Assembly: GCA_038532095.1 (NCBI GenBank)
Contig: JBCBBB010000002.1
Location: 31,875-95,874 of the forward strand
Source: Pseudomonadota bacterium
GTDB taxonomy: Bacteria; Pseudomonadota; Alphaproteobacteria; Rhodobacterales; Rhodobacteraceae
Length of the DNA: 64,000 nt
Direction of reading: 5' to 3'
Positions 1-9,435 of this stretch are shown one piece after another. The position numbers and the translations under genes were made by a program. Positions within the stretch are counted from its first letter, which is position 1. Every line of letters starts with the position of its first letter. A model generated the notes under the pieces. The model was given only the letters and a program-made list of their open reading frames with translations. It did not search any database and was not told the origin of the DNA.

Positions 1-672
1 CGGATGGTTCGAAAATGTCGCGCAGCCGCCAAACCCGTGATCGTTGCCACGCAGATGCTTGAGTCGATGATCGAAAGTCCGATGCCCACACGGGCCGAAG
101 TCTCGGATGTTGCGGCGGCCATTTACGAAGGTGCCGACGCCGTGATGCTGTCGGCGGAAAGCGCGGTTGGCCAGTACCCGACCGAAGCCGTGGCCACGAT
201 GAACAATGTTGCCATCGAAGTTGAAAACGATCCCACCTATCGGAATGTCATCGATGCGAGCCGTGGCGGCGTGAAGCAGTCCGTTGCCGATGGCATCGTT
301 TCAGCCGCGCGCGAGATCGCTGAAACGGCGGATATCAAAGTGATCTGTTGCTATTCGCAAAGCGGCAGCACAGCCTCATTGGTGGCGCGTGAACGGCCGC
401 ATGTGCCGATCATCGCGATGACCTCAAAGCTCGGAACCGCGCGCCGCATGGCGCTGACATGGGGCCTGCACTGTGTTCAAACGTCAGAGGTGGATCGTTT
501 CAAGATGGCGGTTCTGAACTCGGCGCGGGCGTCGGTCAGCGAAGGGTTTGCGGGGCCGGAAGACTCCCTTGTTGTGACCGCTGGTGTGCCGTTCGGAAAG
601 TCTGGAACCACGAATATTTTGCGGGTAGCCCCGTGCGACGAACGGCTCATAATCCCCGCAGATCCGGAATAA
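1..672 (+). CDS. pyk: pyruvate kinase, C-terminal portion (5' end lies outside the window)
   Basis: The frame is open to the window edge. The translation contains VATQMLESMI..PTRAEVSDVA..GADAVMLSAESA.GQYP, typical of the pyruvate kinase barrel end and C-domain. Confidence 0.9.
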   Translation, partial: RMVRKCRAAAKPVIVATQMLESMIESPMPTRAEVSDVAAAIYEGADAVMLSAESAVGQYPTEAVATMNNVAIEVENDPTYRNVIDASRGGVKQSVADGIVSAAREIAETADIKVICCYSQSGSTASLVARERPHVPIIAMTSKLGTARRMALTWGLHCVQTSEVDRFKMAVLNSARASVSEGFAGPEDSLVVTAGVPFGKSGTTNILRVAPCDERLIIPADPE

Positions 673-715
673 CTGCCTCAAAATCGCCAAAAACGGCCAG
701 TAGAGCGATTCTGTT

Positions 716-940
716 ATGGCAGCGTATACTGACCTCATCATGTGTCTGGGCGTGCTGGCAATCTTTCTTGCGTTTCCAGCCGCTGTTGGCTCTTTCTCGC
801 GTGGGGCACCGCCGCGCGGTGCGATTCTGTCGCTCGTCGTGGGTGGCAGCATGATCGTTTATGCGAATTCCTCGCGGCCCGGCGGCTATTCGGTGGAAGA
901 GATGCCGAACCTCTTCGTGAAGGTTCTGACCGGCGCTTAA
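716..940 (+). CDS. small hypothetical membrane protein (74 aa, two hydrophobic segments)
   Basis: The ORF fills the pyk-rpmI gap. It has two TM-like stretches (LIMCLGVLAIFLAFPAAV, ILSLVVGGSMIVY) and G/C-rich third codon positions. I recognise no family. Confidence 0.45.
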   Translation: MAAYTDLIMCLGVLAIFLAFPAAVGSFSRGAPPRGAILSLVVGGSMIVYANSSRPGGYSVEEMPNLFVKVLTGA

Positions 941-1097
941 GACACAGGTTTTTCGCAGTGGCAGCGACGCGCGGTGTCTCTGCCGCTTTTCGCTTGCCAG
1001 ACGCGTGGCTCCCGTGTAAGCGACGCTCTCCGACGGGTCCGCCGGCCAAGTGGCATGCCGAGTGGGCCGTGAACCGTCTGACGATAAGGAGATGGAA

Positions 1098-1298
1098 ATG
1101 CCCAAGATGAAGACAAAGTCGAGCGCGAAGAAGCGCTTCAAGGTCTCTGCGACCGGTAAAGTGATCAGCGCCCAGGCCGGCAAACGGCACGGCATGATCA
1201 AGCGGACGAAAAAGTTCATCCGCAACGCACGTGGCACAACAGTGATGAGCGAGCCCGATCAGAAGATCGTCAAGCAATTCATGCCCTACGACCGGTAA
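1098..1298 (+). CDS. rpmI: 50S ribosomal protein L35
   Basis: [15 protein letters not shown].. is the canonical L35 N-terminus. The ATG at 1098 is preceded by AAGGAG (1086-1091). The track ORF start at 1050 is probably too far upstream. Confidence 0.95.
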   Translation: MPKMKTKSSAKKRFKVSATGKVISAQAGKRHGMIKRTKKFIRNARGTTVMSEPDQKIVKQFMPYDR

Positions 1299-1310
1299 GG
1301 AGACAGCACG

Positions 1311-1673
1311 ATGCCCAGAACCAAAGGTGGGACCGTTACCCACGCCCGTCACAAAAAAGTCACCGACGCCGCGAAAGGCTATTACGGCCGCCGCAAGAAC
1401 ACTTTCAAGGTGGCGCGTCAGGCGGTCGACAAAGCCAATCAGTATGCGACCCGCGACCGGAAAGCGCGCAAGCGGAACTTCCGCGCGCTCTGGATCCAGC
1501 GGATCAACGCGGCTGTGCGCAGCCATGACGAAGCGCTGACCTACAGCCGTTTCATCAACGGCCTGTCGCTGGCCGGGATCGAGGTGGACCGCAAGGTCCT
1601 CGCCGATCTGGCCGTGCATGAGCCGGACGCGTTTGGAGCCATCGTCGATAAGGCGAAGGCCGCGCTCGCGTAA
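1311..1673 (+). CDS. rplT: 50S ribosomal protein L20
   Basis: The translation reads MPRTKGG..HARHKKV...[11 protein letters not shown]. It lies immediately downstream of rpmI, matching the conserved rpmI-rplT-pheS-pheT order. Confidence 0.97.
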   Translation: MPRTKGGTVTHARHKKVTDAAKGYYGRRKNTFKVARQAVDKANQYATRDRKARKRNFRALWIQRINAAVRSHDEALTYSRFINGLSLAGIEVDRKVLADLAVHEPDAFGAIVDKAKAALA

Positions 1674-1698
1674 CACCTCACTTGAGGGACAGTTTTGG

Positions 1699-1739
1699 GA
1701 AGCCGCGGACCTGAAAGGGTCACGCGGCTTCTTGTGTTT
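1699..1739 (+). terminator. hairpin plus T-rich tail after rplT
   Basis: GAAGCCGCG (1699-1707) pairs with CGCGGCTTC (1723-1731) and is followed by TTGTGTTT. Confidence 0.6.
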
Positions 1740-1784
1740 AAGGCCTGTGCTGGCTAGCAGGGCGGAGACGAAAAAGAGAGGTCC

Positions 1785-2852
1785 ATGATGGACGATCTAC
1801 GTGAAAAATACCTGACGGCGATTGCCGAGGCCGCTGATGAAAGCGGGTTGGAAGAGCTGCGTCTGGCGGCGGTCGGCAAGAAGGGTGAAGTCTCTCTCAA
1901 GATGCGCGAATTGGGCAAGATGACGCCCGAGGAGCGGCAGGTGGCCGGGCCGAAGCTGAACGCGCTGAAAGACGAGATCAACGCGGCGTTGAGTGCCAAG
2001 AAGATGGCATTGGAAGACGCAGCGCTGGACGCGCGATTGGCGGAAGAGTGGCTTGACGTGACGCTGCCTGCGCGGGATCGGCCCCGGGGCACGATCCACC
2101 CAGTGTCTCAGGTGACGGAGGAAGTGACCGCCATCCTCGCGGATATGGGGTTTGCCGTGGCCGAAGGGCCGCAGGTTGAAAGCGACTGGTACAACTTCGA
2201 CGCGCTCAACATCCCCGACCATCACCCGGCGCGGACGGAGATGGACACGTTCTATATGGCGCGCGCTGAGGGCGACAATCGCCCCCCGCATGTGCTGCGG
2301 ACGCACACCTCGCCGGTGCAAATCCGGTCGATGCAGGAGCATGGCGCGCCCATCCGCATCATTTGCCCGGGCCGTGTCTATCGCGCGGATTACGACCAGA
2401 CACACACGCCGATGTTCCACCAGGTCGAGGGCTTGGCCATCGACAAGGACATCTCGATGGCCAATCTGAAATGGGTGTTGGAGGAGTTCTTCTCCGCCTA
2501 TTTCGGGACGAAGGTCAAAACCCGGTTCCGGGCGTCGCATTTCCCCTTCACCGAGCCCTCGGCGGAGGTCGATATCCAGTGCAGCTTCGAAGGCGGGCAA
2601 GTGAAGGTCGGCGAAGGTGACGGCTGGCTGGAAGTGCTGGGCAGCGGCATGGTCCACCCAAAGGTGTTGGAAGCCGGCGGGATCGACCCGTCAGAATGGC
2701 AGGGCTTCGCCTTTGGTATGGGCATCGACCGGATGGCGATGCTGAAATACGGCATCCCCGATCTGCGCGCCTTCTTCGACAGTGATCTGCGCTGGCTCAG
2801 GCACTATGGGTTTAGCGGTTTGCAGGTGCCGACGTTGCATGGGGGGTTGTGA
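1785..2852 (+). CDS. pheS: phenylalanine--tRNA ligase alpha subunit
   Basis: The 355-aa translation carries class II aaRS motifs (HPV..V..EV..I...[37 protein letters not shown]). The gene follows rplT. Confidence 0.97.
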   Translation: MMDDLREKYLTAIAEAADESGLEELRLAAVGKKGEVSLKMRELGKMTPEERQVAGPKLNALKDEINAALSAKKMALEDAALDARLAEEWLDVTLPARDRPRGTIHPVSQVTEEVTAILADMGFAVAEGPQVESDWYNFDALNIPDHHPARTEMDTFYMARAEGDNRPPHVLRTHTSPVQIRSMQEHGAPIRIICPGRVYRADYDQTHTPMFHQVEGLAIDKDISMANLKWVLEEFFSAYFGTKVKTRFRASHFPFTEPSAEVDIQCSFEGGQVKVGEGDGWLEVLGSGMVHPKVLEAGGIDPSEWQGFAFGMGIDRMAMLKYGIPDLRAFFDSDLRWLRHYGFSGLQVPTLHGGL

Positions 2853-2893
2853 TATTCACGCCGTCTTAACCATAGGCGCGCGAAAAGCGGTGC

Positions 2894-3133
2894 ATGGACA
2901 CCCGAGGGTCACCCCTTTCGCCGGAGGTCTGGTTGCACGACCTCTTTTCGAGCAAGGCCGTCATGCAAGGTGGCGTTGTTCGCAGAAAGGCGCGCGATAT
3001 CGAGCGCTTTGCAGGCATGGACTGCTTCATGGCCGAAATCGACCGGCGCGGATATCAGGTTGCGGAGAACGGTGGTCAGATTGTGATCTTCTGCAACCGC
3101 GCGCCTATTCGGTGGCTGACGCCGATTTCTTGA
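2894..3133 (+). CDS. hypothetical small protein (79 aa; an alternative start at M24, position 2963, would give 56 aa)
   Basis: The ORF has G/C-rich third codon positions. It sits in the pheS-pheT insert. No recognisable motif. Confidence 0.45.
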   Translation: MDTRGSPLSPEVWLHDLFSSKAVMQGGVVRRKARDIERFAGMDCFMAEIDRRGYQVAENGGQIVIFCNRAPIRWLTPIS

Positions 3134-3171
3134 AAAGAAATCTGTCCGAAATCTCTCAAAGATTTCGGCGG

Positions 3172-3399
3172 CTAAAGACTGAACGAGATGCCGCTTTGCG
3201 TCCGCGTCAACTCGCTCATCGAGCGGGTGCCGCTTGTGCATCCCTGCATCGTGCTACTCCACCACGTGCATTGAGTCTCACCCACAAGCGTGGGCAGAGT
3301 TTGCTGTTCAAAACTGTCGATCGACCACATGATAACAAAAGCACCGATACAAAACGCGATCATGGCAGACAGGCGCAGCGCCTCGCGTTCCAGATTCAT
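3172..3399 (-). CDS. hypothetical small membrane protein (75 aa)
   Basis: The ATG is preceded by AAGAGG about 7 nt upstream. There is an N-terminal TM-like segment (LSAMIAFCIGAFVIMW). Local GC is lower than in the flanking DNA. Confidence 0.35.
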   Translation of the reverse strand: MNLEREALRLSAMIAFCIGAFVIMWSIDSFEQQTLPTLVGETQCTWWSSTMQGCTSGTRSMSELTRTQSGISFSL

Positions 3400-3530
3400 G
3401 AAGATGCCTCTTTCATCCCAAGTTCAGGGCTTAATAACCGCGTAATTGTGGCGAAAATTGGTCATTCGTCGCCAGGCAGGCGAGTAATTGCCGCCTCCGC
3501 TGGCGATTGTCGATGAGAGCCGGATAAAGC

Positions 3531-4052
3531 ATGCGAAGCTCAACCTCTCTCCAATGCATGGTCGCGCTTATGGATCGCTGGACGATGCCGCGCGCCAGCG
3601 AGCTGACGCTCAGCCCGGTTTGTGTGGCCATTGAGGCCGATGTCAGCATCAATGATATGGATGCCGATGAGGCCCGCGCGATCATGGGCGAGATTGACGC
3701 CAAGTCCTCGGCCCTTCTGGCCGTGCTGGCGATTATCTTAGCCACATCGGCTTTCGTGTTCTCGCTCGATCAGACGTGGCTGACGCTGCTCCTGATGTTC
3801 GGGCAGGTCGTGACGGTGTCGATTTCCATCGTGTTCCTGTTGCGCTGTCTGGTCTATGAACCGTCGCCCCGGCTGCGCCATGTGTTCGAGATGGACAGTG
3901 TGAACGAAGCGCATCACCTGCAGATCGAAGCGATCAAGCAGGTTCTTTATTTCAATCGGGTGATCGTGCTCACAGTGGTCACCTCCGTTCTGTTTTTCAT
4001 CATGTCGATGACGGTTGGCATCGACGCCATGCTCCAGGGAGACGCCCCATGA
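3531..4052 (+). CDS. hypothetical 3-TM membrane protein; its stop overlaps the pheT start (start codon uncertain, several in-frame ATGs between 3531 and 3660)
   Basis: There is a strong G/C third-position bias in this frame. Three hydrophobic helices are present (ALLAVLAIILATSAFVFSL, WLTLLLMFGQVVTVSISIVFLL, VIVLTVVTSVLFFIMSMTVGI). An ATGA overlap with pheT lies at 4049-4052. The EIDAKSSALLAVLAIIL segment recalls the D-x-K-A-x-x-LL start of the DUF5706 / Pycsar-effector TM family; this is from memory and unverified. Confidence 0.65.
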   Translation: MRSSTSLQCMVALMDRWTMPRASELTLSPVCVAIEADVSINDMDADEARAIMGEIDAKSSALLAVLAIILATSAFVFSLDQTWLTLLLMFGQVVTVSISIVFLLRCLVYEPSPRLRHVFEMDSVNEAHHLQIEAIKQVLYFNRVIVLTVVTSVLFFIMSMTVGIDAMLQGDAP

Positions 4053-6445
4053 AGTTCACCATGAGTTGGCTGAAGGAACATCTCGAAACCACGGCGACCG
4101 TGGACGAGATCGCTGAGACCCTCACCGATCTCGGGCTTGAGGTGGAGGAGGTCGTGAACCCGGCCGACCGGCTGGCGCCGTTTACGCTGGGCAAGGTGTT
4201 GAAGGCGGAGAAGCATCCCGATGCCGACCGGCTTCGCGTCTGCGAGGTTGAGACGGATGAGGGCGTGAAGCAGATCATCTGTGGAGCCCCCAATGCGCGG
4301 GAAGGGATTACCGTCGTCATCTGCAAACCGGGCGACTATGTGCCGGGCATCGATGTCACGCTTTCGGTCGGCAAGATCCGCGGTGTTGAGAGCCATGGCA
4401 TGATGGCGTCGGAGCGCGAGCTGGAATTGTCGGATGAGCATGATGGTATCATCGAGTTGCCGTCTGGCGACGTGGGTGACAAGTTCACCGATTGGCTGAT
4501 GGCCAATGCGCCCGAAAAGATCGATCCGATGATCGAGATTGCGATCACCCCGAACCGGCAGGATGCGTTGGGTGTTGAAGGTATTGCGCGCGATCTGGCG
4601 GCGCGCGGGCTTGGCACCCTGATCAGCACAGCGCCGGTGCCTGTGCCGGGCACGTACCCTAGCCCGATTGGGATCAGCATCGATGACGACACGTTGGACG
4701 GCAATCCGCACTTCACCGGGCGTGTGATCCGGGGTGTGAAGAACGGCCCGAGCCCGGCCTGGTTGCAGGCCAGGCTGAAGGCCATCGGCCTGCGCCCCAT
4801 CTCGACGCTTGTCGACATCACCAACTTCTTCACCTTCGACCGCAACCGTCCGCTGCATGTCTTTGACGCGGACAAGGTGCAGGGCGACTTGCGCGTGCAT
4901 CGTGCGGAAGGCGGCGAGCAACTGCTGGCGCTGGATGAGAAGACCTACACGTTTGAGCCGGGGATGATGGTGATATCGGATGACCGTGCGCCGGAGAGTA
5001 TTGCCGGTGTCATGGGTGGTGAAGAGTCTGGTGTAACTGAAGACACCGTCAACGTCTTCTTGGAAAGCGCGTATTGGGACCCGATCACGATTGCCCATAC
5101 AGGTCGCAAGCTGAAGATCAACTCGGATGCCAAGTACCGGTTCGAACGGGGTGTGGACCCGGCGTTCACTCTGCTCGGCTTGGAAGCGGCGACACAGATG
5201 ATCCTGGATCTCTGCGGTGGTGAGCCGTCGGAGGTCGTCGTTGCTGGTGCAGAGCCTGATATGACACGGTCTTACCGTCTGGATACGGCGCGGTGTTCGT
5301 CGCTTGTCGGCATGGACATTCCGGCGGAGACGCAGCGCGCGACCTTGGAGAAACTTGGCTTCACGCTCGATGGCGACATGGCCACGCCACCGACATGGCG
5401 TGTCGATGTAAAGGGTGAGGCCGATCTGGTTGAGGAAGTGGCGCGGATTGCGTCGCTGACCAATCTGGAACCAAAACCGATGCCGCGCGCGACGGCGGGT
5501 GTGCCGAAGCCGATCCTGACGGCTATGCAAAAGCGCGAGCAGATCGCGCGGCGCACGGCGGCGGCGCTGGGGTACAATGAATGCGTCACCTACAGCTTCA
5601 TCGATCAGTCCAGTGCCGCACTCTTTGGCGGCGGGGATGAGGCGCGCCGGATCGCCAACCCGATCAGTCAGGACATGACGCATATGCGCCCCTCGCATTT
5701 GCCGGGGCTCTTGCAAGCGGCGGCGCGCAATCAGTCGCGGGGCTTCAACGAGTTGTCACTGTTTGAAGTCGGCGCGGTCTTTCATGGTGGCGAACCGGAG
5801 GAACACGAGATCCTCGTGACAGGCGTGCGGATTGGCGCGACTGGTCCGAAAGACGTGCACGGAGCCCGACGCATGGTCGACGTGTTCGATGCACGTGCCG
5901 ATGCGGAAGCGATCCTGAGTGCGCTGGGCGCTCCGGCGCGGATGCAGTTTGCACGCCCCGCCAAAGCGTGGTGGCATCCCGGTCGTTCCGCACGCATGAC
6001 GCTTGGTCCCAAGATCACGCTTGCCGCGTTCGGCGAGATTCACCCAAAGGTGCTGAAGGCGCTGGACGTGAAGGGGCCGGCGGTCGGATTTGCCGTGCAT
6101 ATCGGCGCGGTTCCACAGCCAAAGAATGTGTCGTCCACGCGAGCCGCGCTGACCATCAGTGATCTTCAGGCGGTGGAACGCGACTTCGCGTTTGTGCTGG
6201 ATGCGGATGTCGAAGCGATCAATGTCGTGAACGCGGCACAAGGTGCGGACAAGACACTGATTGAAGACGTGCGCGTGTTCGACGAGTTCATCGGTGGCTC
6301 GCTGGGCGAGGGCAAGAAATCGCTTGCGATCACGGTTCGGCTGCAACCGTCTGAGAAAACGCTCACCGATGAGGATATCGAGGCGGTTGGCAAGGCCATT
6401 GTCGAGAAGGTCGGTAAGGCCACAGGCGGTGTGCTGCGCGGATAA
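4049..6445 (+). CDS. pheT: phenylalanine--tRNA ligase beta subunit
   Basis: The 798-aa translation starts MKFTMSWLKEHL. It has a tRNA-binding (EMAP-like) domain with KHPDADRL.VC.V, then B3/4, B5 and FDX-ACB regions. Confidence 0.97.
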   Translation: MKFTMSWLKEHLETTATVDEIAETLTDLGLEVEEVVNPADRLAPFTLGKVLKAEKHPDADRLRVCEVETDEGVKQIICGAPNAREGITVVICKPGDYVPGIDVTLSVGKIRGVESHGMMASERELELSDEHDGIIELPSGDVGDKFTDWLMANAPEKIDPMIEIAITPNRQDALGVEGIARDLAARGLGTLISTAPVPVPGTYPSPIGISIDDDTLDGNPHFTGRVIRGVKNGPSPAWLQARLKAIGLRPISTLVDITNFFTFDRNRPLHVFDADKVQGDLRVHRAEGGEQLLALDEKTYTFEPGMMVISDDRAPESIAGVMGGEESGVTEDTVNVFLESAYWDPITIAHTGRKLKINSDAKYRFERGVDPAFTLLGLEAATQMILDLCGGEPSEVVVAGAEPDMTRSYRLDTARCSSLVGMDIPAETQRATLEKLGFTLDGDMATPPTWRVDVKGEADLVEEVARIASLTNLEPKPMPRATAGVPKPILTAMQKREQIARRTAAALGYNECVTYSFIDQSSAALFGGGDEARRIANPISQDMTHMRPSHLPGLLQAAARNQSRGFNELSLFEVGAVFHGGEPEEHEILVTGVRIGATGPKDVHGARRMVDVFDARADAEAILSALGAPARMQFARPAKAWWHPGRSARMTLGPKITLAAFGEIHPKVLKALDVKGPAVGFAVHIGAVPQPKNVSSTRAALTISDLQAVERDFAFVLDADVEAINVVNAAQGADKTLIEDVRVFDEFIGGSLGEGKKSLAITVRLQPSEKTLTDEDIEAVGKAIVEKVGKATGGVLRG

Positions 6446-6469
6446 AACTGAAATCGGCACTTGAAACGA

Positions 6470-6496
6470 ATCGGCGGGATCGCGTATCCCGCCGAT
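6470..6496 (+). terminator. 11-bp stem hairpin after pheT (weak U-tract)
   Basis: ATCGGCGGGAT (6470-6480) pairs with ATCCCGCCGAT (6486-6496) across the loop CGCGT. Confidence 0.5.
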
Positions 6497-6618
6497 CTCA
6501 ATTGATGTTGGAGGCCGCGATGCGTGCGCCATTTTCCCCTCCGGGCGATCCTAACGCCCTCGCTTAACCGCCTCTGACACCTGTCCGGGGCGCGATTTTC
6601 CTTTGCCCTGACAGTTCC

Positions 6619-7590
6619 ATGACACCTGACGACATCTCTTTTGTCCGGCACGGTTTGCCGGACAGCACTCCGTTCCCGTTTTTTGCGGGGCGCGACAGCG
6701 CTTGGCTGCTGGCCAATGGGCTGACGTCCCCTTGCAGCGTCCGCGATGTGCGTCGCACGCGGCTCGGCAAGCTTTTGGATCGGCCCGTCATCAAGCCGAT
6801 GATCGCGGCCAGTTCGGATGGCGTTGTCCGGCCAGAGGTTTTCACGCCTTTGGCCGATGTGGACCTTATGCCATCGCGGCCGAGCAAGCCGTTCATGGCA
6901 GGCGCGGAGGCCGCCCTTGCAGAACGGTGGTTCGACTTCACCTTGACCTTTGACGCGTGGGGCCACGATCACAAAGACTGGGGTTGGTCACAGCTTTCGC
7001 GCAAGGGTGGCAACCTTGTGCTGCAACTCGGATTTCCGAGCGACCACGCAGTTCTGATGGGGTCCACCGTGCGGCGCAACATGCGGCGCGACTGCGAGTT
7101 CAGTTTGCATCCTGTGCGCGAGAGCGGGTGCCCAACCCTGGCGTGGGTCCGGCTCGACATTGATATGTCGACCGGCGATGCGCTGATCGAAGAAGTGCAG
7201 AGCGATTGGCTTCGCTACCTTGCGGATGAAGTGAACCACTTGCGGAAAACCGCTCCACGGTCGCGTGATCTGCGGTCAATGGAACGGTATCAGTCAGCGT
7301 TGTTGGCGGCCTATGCACGCATCTGGCCGCGTGCCGCCGTGCTGGCGGCGCTTGATCTGGTGGTGCGCGAGCTGCAATGCCGGACGATCTGGATGCACAT
7401 GCCGAAGACGGGTGCTGTGCTAAAGCACATCACCGGCACCAAGCCGCCGCGGTCGCTTTACACCGGTCTGCCAAAGGCGTTTTGCTTCGAGCCAACGCGG
7501 GATGCGCCGCACTTCCTGGAACGCAAGCGGCGGAGAGCGCTCTCGCTTCTCAGGAAGGACGGCGACATCTTTTGGCGGATCAGCCTTTAG
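6619..7590 (+). CDS. hypothetical protein, 323 aa, no recognised family
   Basis: A long ORF with coding-like third-position bias. It is convergent with the GST gene and overlaps it by 4 nt. No motif I can assign. Confidence 0.7.
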   Translation: MTPDDISFVRHGLPDSTPFPFFAGRDSAWLLANGLTSPCSVRDVRRTRLGKLLDRPVIKPMIAASSDGVVRPEVFTPLADVDLMPSRPSKPFMAGAEAALAERWFDFTLTFDAWGHDHKDWGWSQLSRKGGNLVLQLGFPSDHAVLMGSTVRRNMRRDCEFSLHPVRESGCPTLAWVRLDIDMSTGDALIEEVQSDWLRYLADEVNHLRKTAPRSRDLRSMERYQSALLAAYARIWPRAAVLAALDLVVRELQCRTIWMHMPKTGAVLKHITGTKPPRSLYTGLPKAFCFEPTRDAPHFLERKRRRALSLLRKDGDIFWRISL

Positions 7591-8288
7591 GTTGGGCGGG
7601 CTGGTGTGTTCAGGCCGACCTGCACCGCTGGCCGTTCGAGGAAGCGGTCGAGATAGGCTGGAACGTTCTTCAGAGTGCTCCAGCCAACCATATCCTTCGC
7701 CCCATAGAAATCGAGGGCGCGCAGCCATGGTGCAATTGCGATATCGGCAATCGAGTATTCGCCTGCGATCCAATCGCGCCCCTCTAACGCGCCTTCGAGA
7801 ACTGCGAGCAGACGCTTGGCCTCACTCACGTAACGCTCGCGCGGCCGGCGGTCTTCGATATCAGCACCGGCAAACTTCACGAAGAAGCCCATCTGGCCAA
7901 ACATCGGCCCCAAGCCGCCCATTTGGAACATGAGCCATTTGAGAACCTCATACTTGGCCGGGCCATCCGTAGGCATCAGCTTGCCCGTCTTCTCGGCGAG
8001 ATAGATCAGGATCGCACCGGATTCCCAAAGCTCAACCATTTCGCCATTGGGGCCGTTCGGATCAATGATGGCGGGGATCTTGTTGTTGGGGTTGAGCGAA
8101 AGGAATTCAGGGCTCTTCACATCGGCATCGGCCAGCGTGACGAGATGTGGCTCATAGTCGAGGCCCATCTCTTCCAAAGCGATAGAGACCTTTACGCCGT
8201 TGGGCGTAGGGAACGCGTAGAGTTGCAGAACGTCGGGATTGGTTGGCGCCCAGCGGGCGCTGATCGGATGATCTGTAAGGGATGGCAT
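7587..8288 (-). CDS. glutathione S-transferase, Nu-class (YfcG/YghU-like)
   Basis: LQLYAFPTPNGVKVSIALEEMGLDYE...SPEFLSLNPNNKIPAIIDPNGP..GE.VELWESGAILIYLAEKTGKL closely parallels E. coli YfcG. Confidence 0.9.
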   Translation of the reverse strand: MPSLTDHPISARWAPTNPDVLQLYAFPTPNGVKVSIALEEMGLDYEPHLVTLADADVKSPEFLSLNPNNKIPAIIDPNGPNGEMVELWESGAILIYLAEKTGKLMPTDGPAKYEVLKWLMFQMGGLGPMFGQMGFFVKFAGADIEDRRPRERYVSEAKRLLAVLEGALEGRDWIAGEYSIADIAIAPWLRALDFYGAKDMVGWSTLKNVPAYLDRFLERPAVQVGLNTPARPT

Positions 8289-8429
8289 GGTGGGTCCTTT
8301 TGGTGTTCGGTCACGAACATAATTCTAATTTCGGAGATGCAAATCCGCGTTTTTTCACAGAGTCCTGTGCGCGGGGTTGCGGCGCTCTGAATTTCCGCTA
8401 GGTGCGGGTCAAAGAGAAGGAGAACCCGC

Positions 8430-8879
8430 ATGAGCCTCAATGTCTATTTGTCCGGAGAGATCCACACCGATTGGCGCGAGCAGATCATTGCGGGCGCCTC
8501 GGACCTGGATGTGACGTTTTCCAGCCCCGTCACGGATCATGCGGCGTCGGACGATTGCGGTGCTGCCATTCTGGGTGAAGAGCCGAACAAGTTCTGGCAC
8601 GATCACAAAGGCGCAAAGGTCAACGCGATCCGCACGCGGCATGGGATCGAAGCCGCGGATATCGTCGTCGTTCGGTTCGGAACGCAGTACAAACAGTGGA
8701 ACGCAGCGTTTGACGCCGGCTATGCCTCGGCTTTGGGTAAGTCCTTGATTGTCCTAAACCCGCCGGAGCATGGTCATGCCTTGAAAGAAGTTCATGCCGC
8801 CGCGCTGGCGGTGGCAGAAGAGCCTGCGCAGGTTGTCGATATCCTGACTTACGTCCTGAATGGCACGTTGCCGGGGTAG
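8430..8879 (+). CDS. YtoQ family protein (nucleoside 2-deoxyribosyltransferase-like fold)
   Basis: VYLSGEIHTDWRE...FG.QYKQWNAAFDAGYA.ALGK.LIVL.P..H.H.LKE matches my recollection of B. subtilis YtoQ. Confidence 0.85.
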   Translation: MSLNVYLSGEIHTDWREQIIAGASDLDVTFSSPVTDHAASDDCGAAILGEEPNKFWHDHKGAKVNAIRTRHGIEAADIVVVRFGTQYKQWNAAFDAGYASALGKSLIVLNPPEHGHALKEVHAAALAVAEEPAQVVDILTYVLNGTLPG

Positions 8880-8985
8880 CAGCGTTTCCAAACCTGAAAC
8901 ATTCCTTTCAAATTTCCCCCTGCTTCGCTAGTCCTATCCGTGGGATGGAATGCAAACGCTTGCACAGGGAGTAAATGAGAGAACT

Positions 8986-9384
8986 ATGATCCAGGAATTC
9001 AAAGATTTCATCGCCAAGGGCAATGTCATGGACATGGCCGTTGGTATCATCATCGGCGCGGCCTTCACGGCGATCGTGACATCGTTGGTCGATGATTTGA
9101 TCAACCCAATCATCAGCCTGTTTATGGGCGGTATCGACTTCTCTTCCATGGGCTATCGCCTGACGGATGGAGAAGACGGAGCCATCTTTGCCTATGGCAA
9201 CTTTATCATGGCACTGATTAACTTCCTGATCATTGCGTGGGTTGTTTTCTTGCTCGTGAAAGCAGTCAACCGTGCGAAGGAAGCCTCGGTTAAAGAAGAA
9301 GAGGCGGTTGAGGAAGAGCCAGCCGGCCCGACGCAGGAAGAGCTTCTGGCGGAAATCCGCGACGCTCTCAAAGCGCGCGCCTGA
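8986..9384 (+). CDS. mscL: large-conductance mechanosensitive channel
   Basis: [37 protein letters not shown] is the canonical MscL N-terminus. The start is taken at the internal ATG at 8986 rather than the track start at 8950. Confidence 0.95.
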   Translation: MIQEFKDFIAKGNVMDMAVGIIIGAAFTAIVTSLVDDLINPIISLFMGGIDFSSMGYRLTDGEDGAIFAYGNFIMALINFLIIAWVVFLLVKAVNRAKEASVKEEEAVEEEPAGPTQEELLAEIRDALKARA

Positions 9385-9407
9385 GCTTAAGGCGATCGAA
9401 CCAGTGA

Positions 9408-9435
9408 AGCCCCACCACACCGGTGGGGCTTTTTC
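9408..9435. terminator. bidirectional intrinsic terminator between mscL (+) and ald (-)
   Basis: AGCCCCACC (9408-9416) and GGTGGGGCT (9422-9430) form the stem. It is followed by TTTTT. Confidence 0.7.

Noticed and set aside
941-1097. Possible ribosomal-protein leader structure upstream of rpmI.
   Set aside because: Some short complementary segments exist (GACAC..GTGTC, GACGCG..), but nothing resembles a known L20/L35 leader and there is no clear conserved fold. I cannot support it without covariation data.
1674-1784. Possible pheST leader-peptide attenuator (pheM-like) between rplT and pheS.
   Set aside because: A terminator-like hairpin is present, but there is no short Phe-rich leader ORF and no alternative antiterminator pairing that I could find. 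It is better read as the rplT terminator with partial read-through.
3431-3745. A 104-aa minus-strand ORF overlapping the 5' part of the 3-TM gene.
   Set aside because: Most of it is antisense to a frame with clear G/C third-position bias. The translation is Ser/Ala-rich and looks like a shadow ORF. Only the last ~40 codons lie in unassigned DNA, which is not enough evidence.
3947-5716. A 589-aa ORF on the minus strand, antisense to pheT. Similar long antisense or off-frame ORFs occur at 738-1676, 14654-15793, 25416-26594, 33894-35030, 39071-39952, 40517-41323, 46291-48357, 55038-56417, 57958-58986, 59765-60736 and 60737-61876.
   Set aside because: These are typical shadow ORFs of high-GC DNA. 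Each lies entirely within a confidently identified housekeeping gene on the other strand or frame. Their translations are Arg/Pro/Ala/His-rich and low-complexity, with no family motifs.
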